A stretch of DNA of 64,000 nucleotides from Hormiphora californensis (Eukaryota; Animalia; Ctenophora). Under the pieces are notes generated by a model, which did no database searches, was not told the DNA's origin, and saw only the letters and a list, made by a program, of their open reading frames with translations. This document shows, piece after piece, positions 28,713-41,200 of the stretch. The stretch spans positions 1,984,001 to 2,048,000 of the forward strand of contig CM035350.1 in the NCBI GenBank assembly GCA_020137815.1, read 5' to 3'. How positions within the stretch are numbered: the first letter of the stretch is position 1; each line of letters opens with the position of its first letter. The translations under genes were made by a program, and so were the position numbers.

Positions 28713-30699
28713 CCTGTCTCTCTCTCTCTCTTACATTCCCCACGTCACGTACATATCAGCCTAACAGTGTCGGACAGTGTTGGTAATGTATAGAAAACAA
28801 GCAATTAGCTAAGTGCTAACAGACAAATATCGATAGAAGCTTCCTGGAACCTACACCAGTATCAGAGAATTATTAATGTAGCCTAAAACAGTTCAGTCCT
28901 GCTCTTGAAATTCGATCCAATCAAATATTAAAACAGGAGGCCAAGATAGGAAGCTGGGAGGGTGGCATATATGGTATAAAACCCGACCAAAGGGAGGAGT
29001 TTATACTTTATATGTATAAGCAAGGATTTATTGATTATACATAAACTGTTAGCGACAAAAACAACCTTGCTTTTTATAGCGGGCGGGATATACAAGGTTT
29101 ATAATACGATGCGCCTGCAACGCACATACTTTACCCAAAAACGGTTTAAACGACGGAATCTTTCAGTTCCCGACCAATTTTTGCTTTGGAGTGATGTTTG
29201 ATCGTTATGGAGACATTTCGAGGAAAAATTTTGAAGGGCGTGCGAGTGATAGTGATGCAGCACAAAGCGTAACAAATTTTTAGTGCTGCATTGCCCAAAC
29301 TAGAGGATGCAATTTGGCCTTCGATCGAAAAGGGCCCGTCGCTCACTCTCTGTCATGCACGCTTACTAGTGTGTGATGTGAGCCACAGTGAGAAATATGG
29401 AGAATGAGACACCGAACGTGAGCCGACATGTGATCCCATTAATCTCTAAAATGGGGAGAGAAAGATATCAAAAGAGTTTACAATTCACCCACTAAAGTGT
29501 CCTGCCATATCGCAGTCGATTGTCGGCACGGGGCTAAACGTGTGCATAATGGCACCTATCTTTGGATACCCGACTCATTGGATGAGTTGAATGATAAGCC
29601 GACTAGGGCAGGGAAACTCAGCATTATGGGTCCATAATGCAAATAATTCTTGTTAATAGTTTGAACCGCTTGTGCACGTACAAAATACAGAGTAATTCAT
29701 GTGCACCATATGTCGCACGTTACCAATTTGAATCCAAAACTTCATTTCACGTGCCCCCGGCTCACATTATCAAAATTCGGACTTTAGATACCTGGAAAAA
29801 GGAAGCATCTTCATGAATTTAATTAACTACCAACTGCCAAGGTCGCCCCACGGCGTGCCTGGGGAAATTTAACACGAACTAGAGCAGAAACCACCACTTA
29901 TACGAGGTAGCTGAGGGTCATATTATTCAAGAAAACACGGTGACTTTTGGGGCTGTGGCATTGCCACCACAGTTGAATTTAATTCGAATGGCTCATTTCT
30001 CCAATACAATAAGCATCCTACAACACATTTGGTTAGAATAAATCATACAGATAAGTAGCTAACCAATACATCTAGGAGAAACACAAATAACACAATTAAT
30101 CAATAAATTATAAATCTAGCACTACAAATTTAAAAGATAACAAGAATTATTGCATTATGTATTCATAATGCTGTGTTTCCCCGCCCTTCCGGCTCCTATC
30201 ATGTGTCATTCAACATTCAAGGCTTGGTCATAGTGTAATGTGAGATGCATACGATCTAGCTGCCAGTGTACTTCTCACATAGCTTAATTAACTCACATGA
30301 CACTTGCTAACTAACTTTCGACACTCTAACTACTTATCTAACCTCTAACACTCTCAAAATAATTATGTGTATGTAACATGCGAAACGCGCGGCAGCGCCT
30401 TTTCAATTTTAATGCTTGTGAACGCGCGCGCGAAATAAACCTCCGCAAGAACCAAATCGTGCATGCCGCAGGGTTGCTGTTAGCAACGCAAGACGGGACA
30501 GGAAGGTGGACTTGCTACACATAGTCACTATATCCGTTTAGATTTCTAAACCCCGTATGCCTTTTTGCAAAAGGCATCCGGGTGAAAAATATATTCACAC
30601 ACACACACACACACATATATAAATTATTACACTTAGACAAAATCAGTAATGCAGTTAAACTTAAAGTCCATTTTTTTAAACTGTTCCCCCAAAAACTGA

Positions 30700-31030
30700 A
30701 ATTTAGAATTTTTGTGGTACATGCTACACGTTAACATTTGATAAACACGCAAAACAATTCCGTGCGTGAGGAGGAACAGTTGAAAAAAATGGAGTACACA
30801 GTGAGGTAAAAAGTAATTATATAATCTTAATTAAAGTGCGTTTCAAACGACTTGACCTGAGATTCCTGGAAATTCAGGATTTCCCCTTTGTAAATACATG
30901 CACAATGCGCCAAATTCCAAGAATTACGGGTCAAGTCGCTTGAAACGGACTTTAGTGTGTGGATTTGTTTTGCGTGCCTATCACATGTTTGATGTTAACG
31001 TGTGGTGCACACGTCGAAAATTACAAATTT
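30700..31030. repeat. Degenerate nested inverted repeats (old MITEs)
   Basis: Outer pair acgcaaaacaattcc / ggatttgttttgcgt and inner pair aaagtgcgtttcaaacgacttgacc / ggtcaagtcgcttgaaacggacttt. Confidence 0.55.
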
Positions 31031-31557
31031 CACAATTTCACGAGTTTGGGGGTAACTTTGTAACATTGTAACTTTTGTAACTTTGTATCTTTACAAAAGA
31101 TAAAATAATTCATGGTCTTGATAATTATTCTCATCCTCTTCTAACTTCTTATTCAATTCAAAACATTTTGGGTGGCTTTTTGGCCAAAATTCGATATGTA
31201 AAATTTTGTCCCAAGAATTTCATAATGAATTAAGTTCAAGTCTGTGTGCTAAATTCCATTCTTACAGTTTGGATTTAGGATTAGCAAACGCCGCTGGCCC
31301 CCGATAGCGGGATAAGTCAGCGCTTTTAAACAGTTTGGAGATTTTTGGAAACTTTTGAAAATTTCACAGATTTTGGAAATAAAAAAATGCAAGTGTGTTT
31401 TAATTAAAATCGAGCGCGCGCAGCTGCGCGGCGCTATTTCGTGTTTTGCGCGTGACAAATCTTTTAAAAATTTGACGCCGCGCGGCCCGAACTGCTGAGC
31501 TGGATTTTTGGCCAGCCTTAATATAAAATCTGGGTGTTTGATCTAGGGATCCCTAAT

Positions 31558-33895
31558 AAGGAACCATAATAAAGTTCAAGAGCGCACCCCATCCAAGAGC
31601 GTACCACCTCCAAAAGACACCACTCCCAGAGCGCACCACATCAAAGAGAGCTCCCCATCCAGAAGATACCGCGCGCAGGGGACACCACGCGCCGAAGAGA
31701 CCGCACGCGCAAATGTGAAGCGTCTTCAGAAGCTACAGAACTCTGCCACTCGCTTTGTCCATGGTAAACGTAGCAGACGTGGTGTAACAGATCTACGGAA
31801 AAAATCCCACTTCCTACCTGTTAGACACAGAATAGAATATAAGATCTGTATGATGGTATACAAATCCCTGAATAATGGGACGCCTGGATACATATCAGAA
31901 ATGCTACAAAGACGGAAACAAAAACCGATGAGTTTAAGAGTCGATTGTGACACGACAAGACTGGAAGAGGTACACAGTAACTACAACTACAAAACCACTG
32001 AGAGAGCTTTTAGTATAGCTGCTCCGAGGATCTGGAATCGCCTACCTAAAGAAATTCGAACCACAGAAACCTTGCCGATGTTTAAAAAGGCCTTGAAAAC
32101 CCATATGTTTACTTTGGCTTATGGACCTGAATAAACCTCACTCGGCATTATATCAGTACCGCACCATCTTCCCGGCACAAATCTACCTGCATCATTTCCT
32201 GGGCACCCAGTCCAGTTAACTTCACAGTAAATCTGTTGTTTTCCCCCAGGCTCCAGCTCCGCACATAAACGCCTCATTATTCCCTGCCTATAATATTCCT
32301 TGCATGCGGTTCTAAATCTGATCCTGTTTCACAACTTTTGGGAAATAGATCCCTCCCTTGGCCTTACCTGGTTCGTTCCTGGGTTCCCGTGTCCTGTCTG
32401 CTGTCTCTCGCTATCACTGCCACCACTACCCTACTTCCAGACCCACACTCCAGCTCCCTTATATCCCACCTATGACCTGCTGTCTAAATCCTACATCATT
32501 CCTTCCTGGAACTAAATAGTCTGCCTCCCTGTCCTTACATGGTTCGCTCCTGGGCTCTCGTGTCCTGTCTGCTGTCTCTCGCGATCACTGTCACCACGCC
32601 CTATTTCCAGACCCACACTCCAGCTCCCCTATATCCCACCTATGACCTGCTTTCTCAATCCTACATCATTTCTTCCTGCAGTTCCATGGAACTAAATAGT
32701 CTGCCTCCCTGTCCTTACCTGGTTCGTTCCTGGGTTTCCCGTGTCCTAGGTGCTGTCTCTTCTTCCCGACCCTCTCTCCAGCTTCCTTACATCCCACCTG
32801 ACCTACTGTCTCTACTCTGCACCATTCCTTCCTATATTCCTTCCTACATCCCTTCCTACTTTCTACACCATTCCTTCCTACATCTACCTGAGACTTAGTA
32901 GAGGGACCACCTATGACTGAGTCAATGAGTTAATATTTTCAAGTGTGCATTTTGTGTAAATTGTTAACATTTTCTGGCCTCTGAGTTGTTTAGCAGAGTT
33001 TGAGTAGCTGAGGTTCCAGACTGGCTGAGTTTTATGCCGAAGAATGAAGAAAGAAGACCATACACACCGTTTTTCTCAATACGTTTTTCTCGATAAAAAA
33101 CTTGTCAAGGATACCGTTTTTCTCAATACGTTTTTCTCGATAAAAAACTTGTCAAGGATACCGTTTTTCTCAATACGTTTTTCTCGATAAAAAACTTGTC
33201 AAGGACTCTTCAGTGAGTGTATGTTTGAAGGACAGCTAATTTATTATTTATTTATTACCGAATCTGTGTGTATGTGTTTGTGATTGTCTGTTTGTCTGTG
33301 AATGTGTTTGTACGTGTGTTAGTATGTTTTTGTATTAACCGTTTTGTATTGACTGCGGATGTTGTGTTTTGCGTCTGTGACTTTGTGTATTCTGTTTAAT
33401 CTGTTTTTATGTTTGTCTGCTTGTTTTGTTAGTTCGTTACCTTGTTTTCTATAACCCCTTGTTCCTCGTATTTTGTGCATCTAATGCTACTAGGATGTGT
33501 CTCTAAGTATTGTTTAAACCGCTTTAGGAAACCGCTGATGTGAACTGTATATTTTCACCTCTCAGCCTTGTATCACTTTATTAGTGTATGGTGTAAGAGC
33601 GTGACGAAGTTATATATTAATTGTGTGACTTTGTGATAAATTGTGCGTAAACTTAAACTTAAACTTATACAACGCCGCGCGGGTCTCTTCTGCGTGTGGT
33701 GTCCCCTGCGCGTGGTATCTTCTGGATGGGGAGCTCTCTTTGATGTGGTGCGCTCTCGAAGTGGTGTCTTCTGGAGGTGGTGCGCTCTTGGATGTGGTCT
33801 CTTTTGGGTGTGGTGCGCTCTCAGGTGTGGTCTCTCTTCGATCGGGTGCGCTCTTGGGTGCTCTTGGAGGCTCTTGAACTTTATTATGGTTCCTT
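31558..33895. mobile_element. MITE family A copy with a LINE inserted at its centre
   Basis: Arms 31558-31714 and 33667-33895 match the two arms of the uninterrupted copy at 14421-14804 in opposite orientation. Confidence 0.85.
31715..33666 (+). mobile_element. 5'-truncated L2/Crack-like LINE: ORF2 C-terminus (31715-32134), ~1.5-kb 3' region with internal repeats, (AAACTT)3 tail
   Basis: RLQKLQNSATRFV…HFLPVRHRIEYKIC…RAFSIAAPRIWNRLP…FKKALKTHMF; three 47-bp tandem units at 33066-33205; simple-repeat tail. Confidence 0.85.
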
Positions 33896-34108
33896 ATAAA
33901 GTTGTTACTTGTCACTGTAGTCTTGCGGAGGCGCGGTTGTGACTTGTCACCGCGTGTGCGCGTACCAAAACGCACGTGGTTCCCACTGCGCGTAGCTGCG
34001 GCGCGGCGTAAACCATGCGGTGACAAGTTACAATCACGCATTTTGAAGCCGCGCCGCCACGGGAACCACATGTTTGGTGACAAGTCACAACTTTATTAGG
34101 GATCCCTC

Positions 34109-34760
34109 TTTCGTGAGTGCTGACAAACGGTTTTTTAGGGTTAGGGCTAAAGTAGGGTTACGGTTAGGGTTGGGGGTTGGGTTGGGGTTAGGCCTTGACA
34201 TTTCCTACTAGATAAACTTTGATTTAGCCAAAACGGTTGAGTGGTTCGGCGGTTAGAGCCGTTTTAGTAAATCACCTTTTTTGGCAGCGCACACCTGTAA
34301 ACAGGCCACCAAACACCCAGATCGTAACGGCGCCCTGGATTTTTGTGATCGCGACGTTTTCGCCCAGCGTTAAAATCTGGGTGTTTCGTGAGTGCTGACA
34401 AACGGTTATTTAGGGTTAGGGCTAAAGTGGGGTTAGGGTTTGGGTTGGGGTTAGGCCTTGACATTACCTACCAGATAAACTTTGAATTAGCCAAAACGGT
34501 TGAGTTGTTTGGCGGAGTCATTTTAGTGAATCAACTTTTTTTGGCAGTGTGCACCTGTAAAAGTGAACCATAATAAAGTTCAAGAGCCTCCAAGAGCGAA
34601 CCAGGTCCAAGTGCGCACCAGGACCAGGAGAGCACCCCATCCAGAAGAGACCGTGTGCAAGGGATTCCACGTGCAGAAGAGGTCGCACACGCAAATACAA
34701 TACCACTAAACACCCAGATCGTAACGGCGCCCGACGTTTTCGGCCAACGTTAAAATCTTG
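34109..34760. repeat. ~275-bp tandem repeat units containing GGTTAGGG motifs
   Basis: ttcgtgagtgctgacaaacgg…aaacacccagatcgtaacggcgcc…aaaatct occurs twice; the second unit is interrupted by a MITE A arm. Confidence 0.75.
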
Positions 34761-35206
34761 TTGAAAAAACCAGTGGAGTGAAGGTTGCTTTCTCCACCTC
34801 AACTACTCCTGCATCATAATGTAGTACTGTGCCGCCTAATAAGTGATAATGCTTTTCAGTGGCTGCGAATTTTTTTCGGGTCTAAGGCTAAGACTCGGAT
34901 GTCAGTGTATACCTTGTCGAGGGCGGTTCTTCTTCAAAGAATCCGTCTCCTTCAAAGAATCCCAGGAGATCCCAGCCCCCAGGAGATATTACGCGGATTT
35001 TGATGCGTGTGATTCTGTAGTGTCTCTGACAAGAAGAGAATCCATAGATTGGATTTAGAATACTATTACTAAAGCGATATTTTTAAAGTAAATAGATGAA
35101 AATTTATGTTATACATAGCAGTATGCATTTGTATCCCCACTTAGCAAAGTTTGCAGCAAAGTTTGCAGCATTTATATTGTTACATATTTTGCATCCAATA
35201 GTAGGT

Positions 35207-38200
35207 ATGGTGTTACTAGATAAAGAGATCAACGTTGCCGGTCCTTCCCCCGACAATAATCCACCCTCCTCAACCAACCACAGTGATCTTATGAGTGAGT
35301 TTTTAGAACCCTTTGAAGGGGTGTGTCGTGAATTGTGATTATATAATGACACACTTTCACCCCAGGTGAGACAGTTAGAGAGGGGGTGGGACTGACGAAT
35401 CTTGGCAACACATGCTATATGAATGCAGTGCTACAACTTCTCTTCTCTGTTCCTTCTATCTACGAATATTTTACTTCAGGTAGGTTGAAATGTAACACTC
35501 TCATCACGTTGCACCTCACACCTCACACTTCTACTGAGATTCTAACCTCACACTTCCAGTCTACTGAGATTCTCACCTCACATTTTCATCATTCTTCTTA
35601 CCTTACTGAGTATGGCAAGGGGCATGACTATTAGGCTTACTCCCTAATTGCTCCTCCCTCCCTGTTCTGCTAGCTCCACCCCCCCCCCCCCATTCTCCCC
35701 AGAAGAAGACAAGAGTTCAGGTATATGCAGAGAGTTAGGCAAGTTGTTTAGCAAGGCGAGGTCAGGGCGGTATTCAGTACTCAACACTCAACCCCTAAAG
35801 ACTCAGATCGAGGGGAGATACCCCCAGTACAGTGGTTCACATCAACACGATGCACACGAACTCCTTATAGGTACCAATAGTGACGAACTCTTGGTTCACT
35901 GTAACTGTGTGATGTGTATCATGGGGGAGTTTCCTTGTTTGTCTGCTATCACGAATGCAGCATTCTTCGTCTCATTCGATTCTAACTACTTTCGCACTGA
36001 ATATAACTTTCTTCCCCTTTTTACCTTAACCTGTTACAGTCCGTCATACAGCTTTGATCTCTCTCTCAGTGTTGCTCGACCATATCCACGAGAGTGTCCG
36101 GGGACTGACATCTGAGGAGGGAATACCTGCAGATTGGTAAGAGACATGTTTACAGGGACATCTTCCCTATTACATCATCACATGATACAGTCCCTCTTTC
36201 CAGTTGTATAACTCCCCTCCCCAGTTTTATACCCCCCCCCCCAATTTTATAACTCCCCTCCCCGGTTTTACTTATAACTCACATCCCTCCCCTCAGTGAT
36301 TTTGTAGTGGATGGAGGATGTCTGAACACGCCTCGTGTTCTCAGTGGGGGATCCCTAACGGCACCAGCAGCTCCAACTACTACAACAATGAATATCAGCC
36401 CTCCTAAGATGACCAACATTGCCGAGCACAACCTCAATAGGTAATGGAGTAAATAGAGTCCCCTTCCTCTCTGGACACCCAGTCCACAATGTACCCTCTC
36501 CTTCCATTATAATTGGGTTCATGATAATTGTTACTCTTGACAAGCACTCTTGATACAGCAGTGTTTCAGACCCCTCAATTAGACACGTATGACATCATCC
36601 AGATAGAACAAAATCAAGGAATAGAAGGTCCTATTTTGTAGAGAGATGCGATAGACGTAACGCGCGAATACACGCCTGAAGGTAACTCAGCGCAAAATGT
36701 CTCTGAGGCGGTTTTTGCGCGCTGTGTTGTCGAATCGATCTCATGGGACGTAAAAAAAGTGGACGGTCGGCCCGTCGGCAACTCGAAATCAAAATGTTTT
36801 CCCCTGCCTGGGTCATGGGTGAATGCCAAAGTAGTGTTGCAAAGAACAATCAGCATGAAAAGCTTTCAACAAAAACAGCAATATGTACTCTATATCCTCA
36901 CATCCTCTATATTTTCGGTAAATGTCGTTCTTGTCCTTAGCTTGGTAGATCTGAGTGTGATCCTCTAATCGAATTAGTTCTCATGCCCCTCCTTCAGGGT
37001 ATACGGCCGCCACTGAATTAATCTTCCATGGCGGGTAATATTTCAGGATCAGGCATGATTTCATCCTCTTCTTGTGCCCTGTGTATTGGCACGGTACTGA
37101 TTCCTCCATCTGTGTCATCTGCCTTCACCGGGGTGCACCTTTTAGTAGCAGGACTGGACTTTGAAGGCTCTTCAGACTTCCTAGTAACAGGACTGGACTG
37201 TGAAGGCTCTTCAGACCTCTTAGTAGCAGGACTGGAATCTGAAGGCTCTTCAGATCTCTTAGTAACAGGACTGGACTGTGAAGGCTCCTCAGACCTCCTA
37301 GAAGAAGGACCAGGAATAACTACATTGTTACCAGACCTCCCGCTACTACTTCTCCTCCTCCCCATTCTCACCATCTCTATCTCCACTGCCTCCTCTCCAA
37401 CTGGCTTCATGTGTGGTAAACCTGCACAACCTTTAGCCCACAACTTCCGAATTAAGAACCTGCCCTTCTTCCACAAGTCACTGTATATAAGCGGGTTTAA
37501 GACAGAGTTGACGGGGAGGACTATGACGGAGATGTAACCGTATGTTGGTGTGGCATCCACCACCCCTCCGAGATGAAGACAACAGATTACACAAAATGGA
37601 ACCCAGGAGAGAAAGTTAGTTGCGATTATCAGTGTTACTTTCCTGTCGATTCTCTGTTGCCGTTTTACAAGTTTCTCAAGGTGGACTCCCTGTGAGTTTG
37701 GTCCGCCGCCATTAGTTGCCCGGACCTGGAACTGTGCCAGACTCCTTCTACTCTGCAACCCTATTGCTATGTAACACCCAGCAATAATAGCCATACACCC
37801 CAGGTTTATACACATCAGGAGGGCCGCGAGGGGCATCTGGGGGTCTGATGTCGTCACGAGGTATTTGAACATGCACACACCCGCGTTACCATAGAAACTA
37901 ACCGTTGCACTCATAGCACTCCAATCAGAGTATTGGTTGGTGAACATGCCCTGGATTAGAGTTACAAGAGTGCTCCACCTCAGGTCCTCTGTCCTCCGAT
38001 GGATTCTCCCGTAGTACCCCTCTATTGCCCTCATGTGTTCTCGTTTAGAGACTACCCCGGTGAAGAATCGAACTGCGGGGTCCCAAACCTTACCATTCAC
38101 AAATGTCTCGTCAAGTACTTGGATAATTGGCACCGCCGCTATGAGAACTGAGCTGCTGAGGATGAAACTGACGATAACCAACGTTTTCAAGATCCGTTTC

Positions 38201-41200
38201 AGGTTAACATCCCGTGTCTCTCGAAGTCCCTCGCATATTCTAATCGCCCGGGTGACACTTAGCACTGTCATGGCGAGGATGGAGATTTCCGTGGCGGTGG
38301 TGTTTAGGACACCCAGGGCTGTGCACATCTTCCCGGATAGCCAGGACATGCGGAGGGAGCAGAATGAATCACCGAACACGAACTGGTCGTACAAAGATAG
38401 GATGAGGAGGTAGATTCCCGTGACGAGGTCACCCAGGGAGATTACACAAATCAGAATGGTGTTTTCGAATCCTATCATGGATTTAATTTTGCATAGCTTG
38501 ATCAGGTTCTTCCGGATGGACATGGAGTTAAGGAGAGTCGCTATTGTCCCGAATAGTATTGCAAATACTTTTAGTACTTTTGATTCCAGAAGTTTATTAC
38601 CACATCTCTCATTGCACTCGTCAGACATGTCACCACAGTCAAACTGGCCATCGCACACGGAAGTAATGGCCACAAACCTCCGTCCATCAAAGCACTCAAA
38701 GTTATTCTCACACACCTTTTCGTCGCTTCCATTCCTGCAGTCGGAGACGAGGTCGCACACCGCATCGTAAGGAACACAATCACCATCCCCACACGGGAAC
38801 ACTTCTTGCGTGAAATGTCCCCGGTTTGGCAGAACAAAAGTCAATTGGCCCGAGTCGTGGATGGTCTTAACACGGTTCCAAAACTTCCCTACACAACTGT
38901 TATGTGGAATCGGGGTGGTTAAATCCAGGGGGCATGAAGCGTCAATACAGCCTTCCAGACATGCTGCCAGGAGGAATGCATAGCCGTATAAATGCCGACA
39001 TGATATTTGGAGTTTTGGAAGCGTCACCATGGTTACCGATTCCAGCCCAAATGTGGTCCCCTCCGTCTGTAGTCCGGCTTTTGTCGTGCACCCACCCATT
39101 GACTGTTGAAGATTCTCCATTCCAGGCTGGCAGAATCCCATAATAATGGCGTTACCCCGGGTAACAGGACTCTGTCTGGGTTTCCATCCACAGATCTGGT
39201 TTTCCCTGTGACACGTATCCCTTCCATCACACATCTGATCCTCCGCTATGTAGGGAGCTCCTCCGAACTGGCACACAAACACATCCCGACAGAGACTGAC
39301 ATTTGTGACTACCCTACTAGTCCGATCATCGCCACACCTCTTCCACAGAACCTCTCTCTCATCTTCTCCCCCTTGACAGTCCTCCACTCCATCTCCCACC
39401 CAGTTGAGGGGTATCTTTAGAGGTTTCATCCCGGTTACAGGACGGTACTTCCTCAAACAAACCTGCAGGAGGACAAAATATGATAAAAGATACTTTTGAC
39501 GCACACTGAAATGTGAAGTCATATTTCAATGTCTGCTAGTTTATTAATCTGAAGAGCTACCTGATAGAGCGAGACTTGACAAGTTATCTTCGTCCTCTCC
39601 ATTAGCACAATCCTCCCTCCCATCGCACAGTTGATGTTTGTGGATGAAGCAATCCGGGGTAACTCCGACACATAGCTTATCCATGGAGTCATCACAGAGA
39701 CCCTTAAAAAAGGGCTTACAGATGATAGTAGAAGATACATTGGAGGGAAATCCGTCTATCGGGCACACAACTCCCACCCTTTTGGAGTCTGAGCAGTTAG
39801 TTTGATCACGGAAATCCTCGCAGTAAGGCATGTACTGGTAGGAGCCTTCGGTGAAGGAATTGTAGTCTGTTGACATATCTACTGCAATCTTTGCACTTGA
39901 TTTAATTGCCGCACACCTATTAAAACAAAGTTACAACTCAAAATCTCTATTTTACTCCCATTTTACCTGGATTAGATTGAGTGACAAACAACTGAAAAAA
40001 GAAAGTGGTTGAGCACCCTGAAATATAAGGCACTTCTGATTACTAACCTGACGTAGTCAAATATTGGCAGTCGAAGGAGTTTCCTATAGTGCCGTTTGTA
40101 ATATGAACTCAAGCATTTCGGGTATTCCGTAATTATCGAGCATTCGTACTCAGAGAGCATGCACGTTTCATCTAAAAAAGGAATATGCCATTTTATGTAG
40201 ATGAAATAACGGGTGACAACTAAAAATTGTCCCTAATTTAAAACGGCTGTATAAATTTTCCCTTTTGAGATACAGCTTCAGGTCAGTGATAGAACGATTT
40301 TTCAGACAATTTTGGATCGGAATAACATACCGGCAAAGTCTAAAAAGTTCATTTTCATTGCGATATCGCATCATTTCCTCTTGTCCCTCCAAAGCATGTA
40401 GTACGGAGATTTGAAATTTCTATGTTATCAGAAACGACCTTCCCGATGAGATAGAATTCTCAAAATTGGAAGTCTGGTTGTTCATGCTATAACCAACATA
40501 ACTGCCAAGTTTAAAAATTTCAGCTCATTAGGAAGTTGGTTTTCCACGTCATTAATGTTTCAAGAGATTGTCGAAATGGCGATTTCTCAAATTACCTGTA
40601 AACTACGCTTTATTACAGAAGATTTTTATCAGGAAATTGAGATTTACGAAGTTTGAAACAAAGTTAATTTCGTTCAAAATTGTCTAAAAAATCATTATAT
40701 CACTATCCCGAAGCTGTATCTCAAACAGAACAGGCGCTAGAGGTGATAGAAGATTGTGTAGATTTCATGTACTTCATGCTTTGGTGGGGCAAGAGGAAAT
40801 GATGCGATATCGCAATGAAAATTAACTTTTTAGTCTTCGCCGTTATGTTACTCCCATTTAAAATTGTCTGAAAAATCGTTCTATCACTGGCCCAAAGCTG
40901 TATCTCAAAAGGGAAAATTTCTACAGCCGTTTTAAATTAGGGACAATTTTTAGTTGTCACCCGTTACTAGAGATTTTACATGAGACTCGATCAAAAATCA
41001 GCTCTGAAAAGCCTTACCCCAATCGTTGATGTCCCGTGTACATGAAAAGAGAGGGCGGATATAATATCGGTTGTTACACGTCTTCCCATATCGGAATCCC
41101 CCGCAGTACTTCTCGTCAGTGCACCTAAAATACAAAGAAAGGAACCTGTTCAGGAAAAAAAACGTTGAATTCAGTTTTTGGTGTGTTCTCGCTTGGAGAT

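Larger units (their letters stand above)
31545..34107. mobile_element. MITE family B (AGGGATCCCTAATAAAGTTG TIR) whose left TIR is split by MITE A
   Basis: Removing 31558-33897 restores agggatccctaataaagttg, the reverse complement of the right end caactttattagggatccct. Confidence 0.8.

Noticed and set aside
34130-34460. TTAGGG motifs as an interstitial telomere
   Set aside because: Only scattered degenerate copies inside a larger repeat unit.
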